Positions 56,060 through 64,000 of a DNA stretch of 64,000 bases are shown piece by piece. The notes beneath the pieces were generated by a model. That model saw only the letters and a list, made by a program, of their open reading frames with translations, did not search any database and was not told where the DNA came from. The translations under genes were made by a program, and so were the position numbers. The stretch is from Gammaproteobacteria bacterium (GTDB taxonomy: Bacteria > Pseudomonadota > Gammaproteobacteria > Eutrophobiales > Eutrophobiaceae), in NCBI GenBank assembly GCA_021773235.1, contig JAJFKL010000048.1, positions 44,687 through 108,686 on the forward strand, written 5' to 3'. The stretch's first letter is position 1, and the number at the start of each line of letters is the position of its first letter.

Positions 56060-57808
56060 ATGTTTTCTGGCGAGACTGTAGAACTACTCAAAAAAATATC
56101 AGATTCTCATCTTGAGATGACGAACAAATTTCTCAATGCGGGTCTGGACAACTTAAATAAGACAAGCCCCACTCTATTCAAACCTGAAGTTATTGATGAA
56201 TTAAGAGATAAAATTAATAAATCGACATCAATAAGCCAAGATAATATTCAATTATTTAATGACCATCTGAAGCTCTTTCAATACGCAGTTTCTAAATCTA
56301 TGGGCATGGAAGCTGACAGGGTAATCTCTCCCGATAAGGCAGACAGGCGTTTTTCTGACGAGTCATGGAATGAAAATATTGCTTTTGATTATATAAAACA
56401 ATTTTATTTGCTGAGTTCCAAATACATACTTAACACGGGCCTTGAAAACAAACAGGTCGATAAAAAATATGCTCAAGAAATCGATTTCTATACTCAACAA
56501 AGTATAGATGCATTATCCCCTAGTAATTTTGCTGTAACTAATCCCACAGTTATAAAAGAAACCATTGATAGTAAAGGTGAGAACCTTGTTAATGGAATCA
56601 AGGCACTGTTCGAAGATTTAGTGCGTGGTAAAGGGCAAAGACTATCGACTAAAATGACAGATACTGATTCATTTGAAATTGGTAAAAATATAGCCACAAC
56701 ACCAGGTAAGGTTGTATTCCAGAATGAATTAATCCAACTTATTCAATATACACCGACGACCAAAACAGTATTTGAGACACCCCTTCTTATTGTGCCACCA
56801 TGGATAAACAAGTTTTACATTCTTGATCTAAGAGAAGAAAACAGCTTTATCAAATGGGCCGTTGATCAAGGACATACTGTCTTTGTTATTTCCTGGAAGA
56901 ATCCAGATGCGAGCTATGCTGACACCAAGTTTGAAGACTATATGTTAAATGGTGTTCTAACTGCTGTAGATCAAGTCAAACAAGAAACGGGCAATAATGA
57001 TGTTAACGCTGTTGGTTATTGCATAGGTGGCACCTTGCTTGCCGCGACAAATGCCTATCTTGCAAGTAAACGACGTAAACCTATCAAGTCCGCTACCTAT
57101 TTCACCACCCTAGTCGACTTTGAAGAACCTGGTGATTTAGGAGTATTCATATCTGAAGAAAAACTAGATTCACTAGATAGTGAAATGGAAAAAGAGGGTT
57201 TTCTAGATGGGTCGTCAATGGCAACTGTATTCAACATGTTGCGCGCAAATGATCTTATATGGCCTTTCTTTATTAATAACTATTTATTAGGTAAAGAACC
57301 TACTGCTTTTGACTTGCTTTACTGGAATTCAGATTCAACACGTATGCCAGCAAAAGCACATAGTTACTATCTTCGAAATTGTTATCTAAATAATTTATTA
57401 CGCGAACCTGGTGGCATTGAATTGAATGGCACACCCATCGATCTTCGAAAGATAAAGATCCCGACTTATTTTGTCTCTACGCGAGAGGACCATATAGCGC
57501 CGTGGAAATCGACTTACGAAGGCGCTCGGTTGATGTCTGGACCTACTCGATTCGTCTTAGGTGGCTCAGGGCATATTGCAGGAATTATAAATCCACCCGT
57601 AAAAAACAAATATAATTATTGGACCAATAATGAAATTGAAAACGATCCAGATAACTGGTTAGATAACGCCAAGAGTAATGAAGGATCATGGTGGGTTGAC
57701 TGGCAAAAATGGATTAAAACGAAATCAGGTAAAAAAATTTCCGCGCGTAAGCCGGGAGAGAACCTTAAGGCAATAGAAGATGCGCCTGGCAGCTATGTAA
57801 AAGAGTGA
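56060..57808 (+). CDS. phaC: Class I poly(3-hydroxyalkanoate) synthase PhaC
   Basis: 582 aa. Lipase-box GYCIGG with catalytic Cys. alpha/beta-hydrolase C-terminal half with conserved His (GGSGHIAG). Confidence 0.9.
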   Translation: MFSGETVELLKKISDSHLEMTNKFLNAGLDNLNKTSPTLFKPEVIDELRDKINKSTSISQDNIQLFNDHLKLFQYAVSKSMGMEADRVISPDKADRRFSDESWNENIAFDYIKQFYLLSSKYILNTGLENKQVDKKYAQEIDFYTQQSIDALSPSNFAVTNPTVIKETIDSKGENLVNGIKALFEDLVRGKGQRLSTKMTDTDSFEIGKNIATTPGKVVFQNELIQLIQYTPTTKTVFETPLLIVPPWINKFYILDLREENSFIKWAVDQGHTVFVISWKNPDASYADTKFEDYMLNGVLTAVDQVKQETGNNDVNAVGYCIGGTLLAATNAYLASKRRKPIKSATYFTTLVDFEEPGDLGVFISEEKLDSLDSEMEKEGFLDGSSMATVFNMLRANDLIWPFFINNYLLGKEPTAFDLLYWNSDSTRMPAKAHSYYLRNCYLNNLLREPGGIELNGTPIDLRKIKIPTYFVSTREDHIAPWKSTYEGARLMSGPTRFVLGGSGHIAGIINPPVKNKYNYWTNNEIENDPDNWLDNAKSNEGSWWVDWQKWIKTKSGKKISARKPGENLKAIEDAPGSYVKE

Positions 57809-57909
57809 ATGGCAGATTAAATCTTTTTAGATTCATTAAGAGATGAATATCAATGGTGGTTTTGAAATAGGCACCATCTCTTGAATAATTACATGTGGAG
57901 AAATTAATA

Positions 57910-58191
57910 ATGGCAAAAGCAAATGCACGACATATTCTAGTTGATAATGAAGACCAATGCGCATCACTTAAACAACAAATTGAAGATGGTGCTGATTTCG
58001 CGGAAGTCGCAAAAGAACATTCAAGCTGTCCATCTGGTCGTAGTGGCGGAGACTTGGGTGAATTTGGCCCAGGGCAAATGGTAAAAGAATTCGATGAAGT
58101 CGTGTTTAGTGGTGAACTAAATACAGTTCACGGCCCTGTCAAAACTCAATTTGGTTATCACTTGTTGGAAATCACAAATAGAGAAGATTAA
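57910..58191 (+). CDS. ppiC: Parvulin-type peptidyl-prolyl isomerase PpiC
   Basis: 93 aa from MAKANARHILV. ...CPSGRSGGDLGEFGPGQMVKEFD...TQFGYHLLE is collinear with E. coli PpiC as recalled. Confidence 0.85.
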   Translation: MAKANARHILVDNEDQCASLKQQIEDGADFAEVAKEHSSCPSGRSGGDLGEFGPGQMVKEFDEVVFSGELNTVHGPVKTQFGYHLLEITNRED

Positions 58192-58266
58192 AAGTTAATA
58201 TTATTTATTAACAATGCTGTTTTGAAGGTCTCAGCGTTAACCTGAGATCTTCAGTCATATAAGTTA

Positions 58267-59379
58267 TTATTTCTCAGGTTTAATCCGATACAACTTTCCT
58301 CTAGTGTCATCGTTTATAAAATAAAGAAAACCATCCAGCCCTTGCTGAATTTCTCTTATTCGTCCGAAGTCACCATCAAGCAATCTTTCTTCTTTAATAA
58401 CGCTATTCTTCTTCATTTCTAATCTAGCCAACTGGCCAAACACCAATGAACTCACGAATGCATCACCCTTCCATGCGGGAAACTTATCGCCCGTATAAAA
58501 CATGAGGCTAGAGGTAGCAATAGAAGGTATCCAGTGATGAACTGGCTGCGCCATTCCTTCCTTTTCTGTGCCCTCGCCTATCTTTGTTCCGATAACATAA
58601 TTCACACCATAAGTAATAACCGGCCAACCGTAGTTAACACCGGGTTTCATTAAGTTAAGTTCATCGCCACCTTGCGGTCCATGTTCTATTGTCCAGACAT
58701 CGCCTGTTTCTGGATGCATCGCGATTCCCTGCATATTACGATTGCCGTAGGTATAAATTTCTGGTTTTGCATTGGGGTTTTTAACGAAAGGATTATCTTC
58801 TGGCACTGAACCGTCTTTATTAATATGGATAAGCGAACCGGCATGATCGTTTAAATCTTGTGCGCGATCTTTATCGCCGCGATCACCTAGCGTTATAAAC
58901 AAACTACCATCTTTAGCAAACAATAACCGTGAACCAAAGTGATGCCCGGTGTTTGATTTTGGTGATAACTTAAAAATAACTTTTGTATCTTTTAATTCGT
59001 TGCCAATAAGTTTTCCTTTAACTACTTCGGTACCGACACCACCTTTGCCTTTTGCGGAATAGCTTAAATAGATTATTTGATTATTTTTGTAATCTGGATC
59101 AAGTGCGATGTCGAGTAAACCACCCTGTCCTTTTTCTTTTATCTTTGGCAAACCTGTTACTGGCTTTGATAGTTTTCCATTATTAACTATTCGTAATCGT
59201 CCTGGTTTTTCTGTGACTAAGATTCGACCATCAGGCAAAAAATCAACCGCCCAAGGATGTTCTAATCCATCGACAACTGTTTCTATGGTGAAGTTATGTT
59301 TTTCTGAAGTAATCGTTTCAGCTGACAGCGTGAAACTAAGGAATAGTAATGAGAGAGAGATAAGCATTTTTTTATTCAT
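58267..59379 (-). CDS. PQQ-dependent soluble aldose/sorbosone dehydrogenase (YliI-like beta-propeller)
   Basis: Signal peptide. HPWAVDFLPDGRILVTEKPGRLRIV and HFGSRL.F..DG.L motifs. 370 aa. Confidence 0.8.
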   Translation of the reverse strand: MNKKMLISLSLLFLSFTLSAETITSEKHNFTIETVVDGLEHPWAVDFLPDGRILVTEKPGRLRIVNNGKLSKPVTGLPKIKEKGQGGLLDIALDPDYKNNQIIYLSYSAKGKGGVGTEVVKGKLIGNELKDTKVIFKLSPKSNTGHHFGSRLLFAKDGSLFITLGDRGDKDRAQDLNDHAGSLIHINKDGSVPEDNPFVKNPNAKPEIYTYGNRNMQGIAMHPETGDVWTIEHGPQGGDELNLMKPGVNYGWPVITYGVNYVIGTKIGEGTEKEGMAQPVHHWIPSIATSSLMFYTGDKFPAWKGDAFVSSLVFGQLARLEMKKNSVIKEERLLDGDFGRIREIQQGLDGFLYFINDDTRGKLYRIKPEK

Positions 59380-59436
59380 GTTCTTTCCTATTCATGGCCT
59401 ATTTATGGCATTCACCTTTAATTCTTTACCAGACTA

Positions 59437-60414
59437 TTAAGGTTTCTCTGCTACGAGAATAGCACGCGTTGGCGCAGGATGTCCTTCTATGGTTTTGTTA
59501 CTATCTTCTTTGTCCAAAAAATCACTTAAAGATTCATAAATCATCCAATCCGTTTGTCGTTGTTCTTCCGCTGTCGTTTTTGTTACATCTACAATTCGTG
59601 CATTAATGAAGCCGACATCCTCTGCCCACTGAGTTAACAAACTACAACTTGGAATTGACCAAACATTCCTCATCTTTGAATAGCGTCCATCAGGATTCAA
59701 CGCTACGCGTTCATCAGACTCTATCACTAAGGTTTCTAGTACTAATTCACCACCTGACTTGAGGCAGTTCATTAATTGAGTCATATGTTCGGCTGGATCA
59801 CGGCGATGATAGATAACCCCCATGGAAAATACGGTATCAAAATTTAATTGCGACTTAGGTAACTCTTGAACTCCTAGAGGAATAATATCGATATTGGCAT
59901 CAGGCAGGTATTTTTTAACTGCCGAGAATTGCATGATGAATAATAGCGTTGGATCCATGCCGACAACATACTTGGCGTTCTCTCCTATCATGCGCCAACC
60001 GTAATAACCGTTACCGCAACCGATATCCAATACCATTCTGTTTTCTAATGGTTTGATTTGACCTTTTAATCGATTCCACTTTAAATTCGAACGCCACTCC
60101 GTATCGATATCGATTCCAAATAAATCAAACGGTCCTTTGCGCCATGGCATTAAATCTTTTAGCTGTTCTTTTATTTCAGCTTGCTGTTCATTTTTACATT
60201 CTGATTCCGAACCAACAGTGACACTGTCTAAATTTAAATCAATGCTAACATCGGAAATTATTGGAAGGTTGTCTACTGCTGACTTCCATCGTGGATAATC
60301 ACCGTGATTAATATTAGAGTAATATTCAAATAGTTGTGTTTCAAGCAAGCTTGACCACTCTTGCATTTCATTTCCATTAAGCACTTCTAATAATCTTTTG
60401 TAACTCATTACCAA
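59437..60414 (-). CDS. cmoB: tRNA U34 carboxymethyltransferase CmoB
   Basis: 325 aa. PWRKGPF and LDIGCGNGYY motifs. Lies directly downstream of cmoA. Confidence 0.9.
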   Translation of the reverse strand: MVMSYKRLLEVLNGNEMQEWSSLLETQLFEYYSNINHGDYPRWKSAVDNLPIISDVSIDLNLDSVTVGSESECKNEQQAEIKEQLKDLMPWRKGPFDLFGIDIDTEWRSNLKWNRLKGQIKPLENRMVLDIGCGNGYYGWRMIGENAKYVVGMDPTLLFIMQFSAVKKYLPDANIDIIPLGVQELPKSQLNFDTVFSMGVIYHRRDPAEHMTQLMNCLKSGGELVLETLVIESDERVALNPDGRYSKMRNVWSIPSCSLLTQWAEDVGFINARIVDVTKTTAEEQRQTDWMIYESLSDFLDKEDSNKTIEGHPAPTRAILVAEKP

Positions 60415-60418
60415 TAAA

Positions 60419-61135
60419 CTACTTAACAGCGATCAATGAAATAAAATTAAAACACTTTAACCAAACAAAGGTATTTTCAAAGCCACTATCATTAACACGC
60501 TTAATATGCGTTTCTATGGTTTCAGGAATTAGTACATCTTCTAATGCTTCTCGTTTACTTGCTATTTCCAGCTTGTCGTAACCGTTTAATGATTTCATAT
60601 GGTGATGCAAATTATTCATGGTTTCGTTTTCTGCATCATCATCAAACGTAATTTTTTCAGATAGGATTAAAACACCGCCGGGTAAGAGTCCGTTATAGAT
60701 CTTCTCTAACAAACTTTTGCGTTGCTCTAGTGGAATAAACTGCAAGGTAAAATTCATTACAACAACTGAAGCATTGTTGATTTCAGTATCGGCAAGATCT
60801 TCAACTCTAAATTCGATATTCTTTTCTTCATTAGCAATCGTTTCAACACAAGCATCAATCATTGCTTGTGAATTATCTACCGCAATGATACTGCATTTTT
60901 TATTTTTTAAGCCTTGTTGTATCGCAAGACTGACTGCGCCAAGTGAACAACCCAGATCGTAAACATTGGTCCCTTCTTGTACATATTCATCAGCCATCAC
61001 ACTGATCATCGAGATCGTTAGCGGATAACCGGGAACTGATCGCTCAATCATATCGGGAAATACATCGACAACGCGTTTATTAAACTCGAAAGGTTTAACC
61101 GGTTCGTCTTTTGAACGATAAATTGTATCTTTCAT
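60419..61135 (-). CDS. cmoA: Carboxy-S-adenosyl-L-methionine synthase CmoA
   Basis: 238 aa. FDERVAEVFPDMI-like N-terminus (FNKRVVDVFPDMIERSVPGY). YDLGCSLG SAM motif. Confidence 0.9.
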   Translation of the reverse strand: MKDTIYRSKDEPVKPFEFNKRVVDVFPDMIERSVPGYPLTISMISVMADEYVQEGTNVYDLGCSLGAVSLAIQQGLKNKKCSIIAVDNSQAMIDACVETIANEEKNIEFRVEDLADTEINNASVVVMNFTLQFIPLEQRKSLLEKIYNGLLPGGVLILSEKITFDDDAENETMNNLHHHMKSLNGYDKLEIASKREALEDVLIPETIETHIKRVNDSGFENTFVWLKCFNFISLIAVK

Positions 61136-61136
61136 A

Positions 61137-61787
61137 CTATATCGCGGGAAAATAGACAGGTGATTGTTCTGGCAGCCATTGGTCGTATTTCTTCATGCAG
61201 CCTTGAAACAAGTCTGTTTTTTCAATGTTAGAAAACCATTTTTTAAGTAAATCATACGGACTAGCCTTAAACCAATCTAAATCCACCATTGCAAACTGGC
61301 GAATAAATGGAAAGATAGCCATATCCACAAATGAGATTTTATTTCCCAGTAAGGCAACCCCTTTGTTCTCACTTAATTGTTTTTCTATAAGTTTTAAGAA
61401 GCTTTCGGCATTTTCGCGATAGTATTCTTGTGAGTGCTCTGGATATCCAACATGGTATTTGTATCGATCCAGAAAGTGTTTAAACTCGTTGTCGTTATAG
61501 TCGATCAAATACTGACTCTGCGACTCGTCTTCATTACACCATTCATCAGGATCATTTATATTCAACGCCCAACGCATGACATCAATGCTTTGTTCAATGA
61601 CTTTTTTTTCCGACGTTAATAACACCGGCACGGTACCTTTATCAGACAATAGCAACATCGATTCAGGCTTATCTTTCAAAACAACTTCTCTAAGCTCGCA
61701 CTTTATATTTGCCTGAGATATTGCCAGTCGTGCACGCATCGCATACGGACAGCGTCTAAAAGAATATAGGACAGGATAAGTTTCCAT
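61137..61787 (-). CDS. Glutathione S-transferase-like protein (thioredoxin-fold N-domain)
   Basis: YSFRRCPYAMRARLAI...GTVPVL pattern of GST N-terminal domains. 216 aa. 1-nt gap to cmoA. Confidence 0.65.
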   Translation of the reverse strand: METYPVLYSFRRCPYAMRARLAISQANIKCELREVVLKDKPESMLLLSDKGTVPVLLTSEKKVIEQSIDVMRWALNINDPDEWCNEDESQSQYLIDYNDNEFKHFLDRYKYHVGYPEHSQEYYRENAESFLKLIEKQLSENKGVALLGNKISFVDMAIFPFIRQFAMVDLDWFKASPYDLLKKWFSNIEKTDLFQGCMKKYDQWLPEQSPVYFPAI

Positions 61788-61801
61788 TACTAAGTGATGA
61801 A

Positions 61802-62755
61802 TTATTTAGACTGTACGTTTTCGCCGATATGTTGTTCATTACGTTGTTCAGCTAATTCGACTTGCTTCTGCCGCTCACCAAAGTTTGAGCGTTGTTCTGC
61901 TGTTGTTTCATTTATACATCGCGGACATGACACACCCTCAACGTAATCTTCTGATTGCATTTCTTCATCTGATATCGGACGACGGCAGGCAAAACATTGT
62001 TTATAACTGCCTTCTGCTAGTTCATGATCAACTGAAACACGGGAGTCAAAGACAAAGCATTCACCTTCCCAAAGGCTTTCTTCTGAATCAACTTCCTCAA
62101 GATATTTTAGAATGCCGCCATTCAATTGATAAACTTCATCAAACCCCTGCTCTTTCATATAAGCACAGGCTTTTTCGCATCGTATGCCGCCGGTGCAAAA
62201 CATCGCTACCTTTTTATTTTTTTCAGTATCCAGTTCTTGCTTTACATAATCAGGGAATTCACGGAAATTTGTTGTGTCCGGTGAAACGGCATTTTTGAAA
62301 GAACCAATTTGATATTCATATTCATTACGTGTATCGATCACTAATACATCAGGATCACTGATCAGCGCATTCCAGTCTTTCGGTTCGACACGTACTTCAG
62401 CGGTATCTATCGGCTTGATATTAGGCTGTCCCATCGTCACGATTTCTTTTTTCAGTTTCACCTTAGTCCTATGGAATGGAATCTCATCAGCATAAGATTC
62501 CTTGTACTCAAGATCCGCCAATCGTTCATCTGATTTCATAAAACCCAATAGTTGGTCTATGGCATTACGTGACCCGGCGAGAGTGCCGTTCAGACCTTCT
62601 TCTGCCAATAACAAAGTCCCATAAATGTGTCTTTCCCGGCAAAATGACAACACAATAGGCTGCATTGCCTCATAGTCATCAAGCCGGACAAATTTATACA
62701 TCGCCACAATTACATATTGTTCTGTCATCTCTTTTTTACTTCGTGTTTTATTCAA
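61802..62755 (-). CDS. trhO: tRNA uridine(34) hydroxylase TrhO (YceA/UPF0176 rhodanese protein)
   Basis: MYKFV.L......R......C.....[14 protein letters not shown]-domain. Rhodanese loop [11 protein letters not shown]-terminal Cys cluster. Confidence 0.8.
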   Translation of the reverse strand: MNKTRSKKEMTEQYVIVAMYKFVRLDDYEAMQPIVLSFCRERHIYGTLLLAEEGLNGTLAGSRNAIDQLLGFMKSDERLADLEYKESYADEIPFHRTKVKLKKEIVTMGQPNIKPIDTAEVRVEPKDWNALISDPDVLVIDTRNEYEYQIGSFKNAVSPDTTNFREFPDYVKQELDTEKNKKVAMFCTGGIRCEKACAYMKEQGFDEVYQLNGGILKYLEEVDSEESLWEGECFVFDSRVSVDHELAEGSYKQCFACRRPISDEEMQSEDYVEGVSCPRCINETTAEQRSNFGERQKQVELAEQRNEQHIGENVQSK

Positions 62756-62758
62756 AAA

Positions 62759-64000
62759 TCAGTTGGTGTTAGTAGAGGGACTATTATACATAAGAATATG
62801 TTGAATTAACTCATCTGCTGGCAAAGGGCGGCTTAAAAAGAAACCCTGTGCCTCATCACAGTTTATCGCATTAAGATAGTCATATTGCGCCTTGGTCTCA
62901 ACCCCTTCCGCTACAACTTTTAAATCCAGGTTATGTGCCAATGCGAGTATTGCCTTTGTGATAGACGCCGAATCATCATCCAGATGAATATTATCTATAA
63001 AAGACTTATCAATTTTTAACTTATTAAATGGTATTTTTTGAAGATATGTCATAGAGGAATACCCTGTACCAAAATCATCAATACAGATACCCAGACCATA
63101 ATCCCTGAATTTATTTAGTAAAGTTATCGTCTTGGAAAAATCTTCAATCGTTATAGACTCTGTAATCTCAAGCTCAATTGAACTTGGGTTAGCTCCAGTT
63201 TCTTCTATAATACTGACCATTTTCTCATATAGTTGCGGTTGCCTAAATTGATCTGCAGAGACATTAACGGCTACGTTTAAATCTATTCCTTTATCACGCC
63301 ATGCTTTATTCTGCATACATGCAGTTCGCATTACCCAATAACCGATGCTTACAATTAGCCCTGTTTCTTCAGCCAATGGGATAAAATCCGCTGGAGAAAC
63401 AAACCCGTGTTCAGGATGTTTCCATCTAGCTAAGGCTTCTACATCATAAATCATGCAATCACGAAGATTTATTTTTGGTTGGTAATACAATTCCAGTTGC
63501 CCTTCTTCTAACGCATGCCTTAAATCATTCTCCAATTCAAGACGTGCCAATGTCTCTTTGTTCTGCTGTTTTTGATAAAATTGATAGTTGCCGGAGGATA
63601 TGTTCTTTGCTTCATACATCGCTGCATCAGCATTTTTCAGAAGGTCGTTAAAATTATTTGCATCTCGTGGATAAATTGCAATACCAATACTTGGGCTAAT
63701 ATAAAACTCACGGCCATTAATAACTATAGGCCGCGACATCATTTCAATAATCCGATCAGATAGCGTACTTGTTTGTTCATCAACTTCCTCATTACTAATA
63801 TCAGAAACTATTACTGTAAACTCATCGCCACCAAATCGTGAAACAGAATCACACGAGCGCACGCACTTTAAAAGCACGTTCGAAACCTCAACCAATAATT
63901 GATCACCAATCACATGCCCTAAGGAATCATTAACGCTTTTAAATCTATCTAGATCAATAAATAGTACGGCAACATTCAATTCTTTGCGTTTTGCACGTTC
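62759..64000 (-). CDS. GGDEF-EAL c-di-GMP signalling protein (N-terminus lies outside the window)
   Basis: The frame is open to the window edge. GGDEF domain (FGGDEFTVIV) followed by an EAL domain (EALARW, DDFGTGYSS). 3-nt gap to trhO. Confidence 0.85.
   Translation of the reverse strand, partial: ERAKRKELNVAVLFIDLDRFKSVNDSLGHVIGDQLLVEVSNVLLKCVRSCDSVSRFGGDEFTVIVSDISNEEVDEQTSTLSDRIIEMMSRPIVINGREFYISPSIGIAIYPRDANNFNDLLKNADAAMYEAKNISSGNYQFYQKQQNKETLARLELENDLRHALEEGQLELYYQPKINLRDCMIYDVEALARWKHPEHGFVSPADFIPLAEETGLIVSIGYWVMRTACMQNKAWRDKGIDLNVAVNVSADQFRQPQLYEKMVSIIEETGANPSSIELEITESITIEDFSKTITLLNKFRDYGLGICIDDFGTGYSSMTYLQKIPFNKLKIDKSFIDNIHLDDDSASITKAILALAHNLDLKVVAEGVETKAQYDYLNAINCDEAQGFFLSRPLPADELIQHILMYNSPSTNTN

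Noticed and set aside
1-64000. Search for CRISPR arrays, tRNA/rRNA genes, IS elements, integrases, toxin-antitoxin pairs or obvious defence systems
   Set aside because: No regularly spaced direct repeats, no tRNA-like T-arm/acceptor signatures in the intergenic regions inspected, and no transposase, integrase or phage-like ORFs among the translated frames. The window looks like core chromosome rather than a mobile island. This was a scan by eye, not exhaustive.

Overview
Densely coding, AT-rich chromosomal window with about 65 protein genes. I saw no rRNA, tRNA, CRISPR array, transposase or integrase. It looks like a low-GC gammaproteobacterium with a methylotroph or nitrogen-oxidiser flavour; the organism is not identified. 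All calls come from recognising motifs and families by eye, not from database searches.

Main gene blocks:
(i) Prx5 peroxiredoxin, cysK and an orphan ABC ATPase.
(ii) A lactate-permease and Sel1-lipoprotein pair.
(iii) A DUF3095 cyclase-like gene, an internally duplicated DUF1538 membrane protein with two PII-like genes, and a class III cyclase-FHA gene.
(iv) hemN and a PhyH-dioxygenase/hemerythrin island.
(v) pqqA-pqqD-pqqE without pqqB/pqqC, followed by a coupled micro-ORF, a membrane protein, a divergent SerC and a degenerate DHODH-like gene.
(vi) Split class II ribonucleotide reductase nrdJab and a signal-peptide-bearing KatG.
(vii) A complete System I ccmABCDEFGHI operon, directly followed by an octahaem hydroxylamine-oxidoreductase-like haoA, a haoB-like gene, a MocR-type PLP regulator and a second CcmI-like TPR protein.
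(viii) c-di-GMP proteins, ettA, PP2C, DUF2946 plus a TonB receptor, M15 peptidase, phaC, ppiC, a PQQ-dependent sugar dehydrogenase, and a trhO-GST-cmoA-cmoB tRNA cmo5U cluster.

Non-coding highlights:
- Six perfect TTGAT-N4-ATCAA (FNR/ANR-type) boxes, all intergenic.
- An exactly duplicated TGGTACCA-N16-TGGTACTA direct-repeat element in front of haoA and in front of the MocR gene.
- A GC-rich, GGA-motif-rich structured segment at about 3.30-3.45 kb that may be a Csr/Rsm-type RNA or a CsrA-controlled leader.
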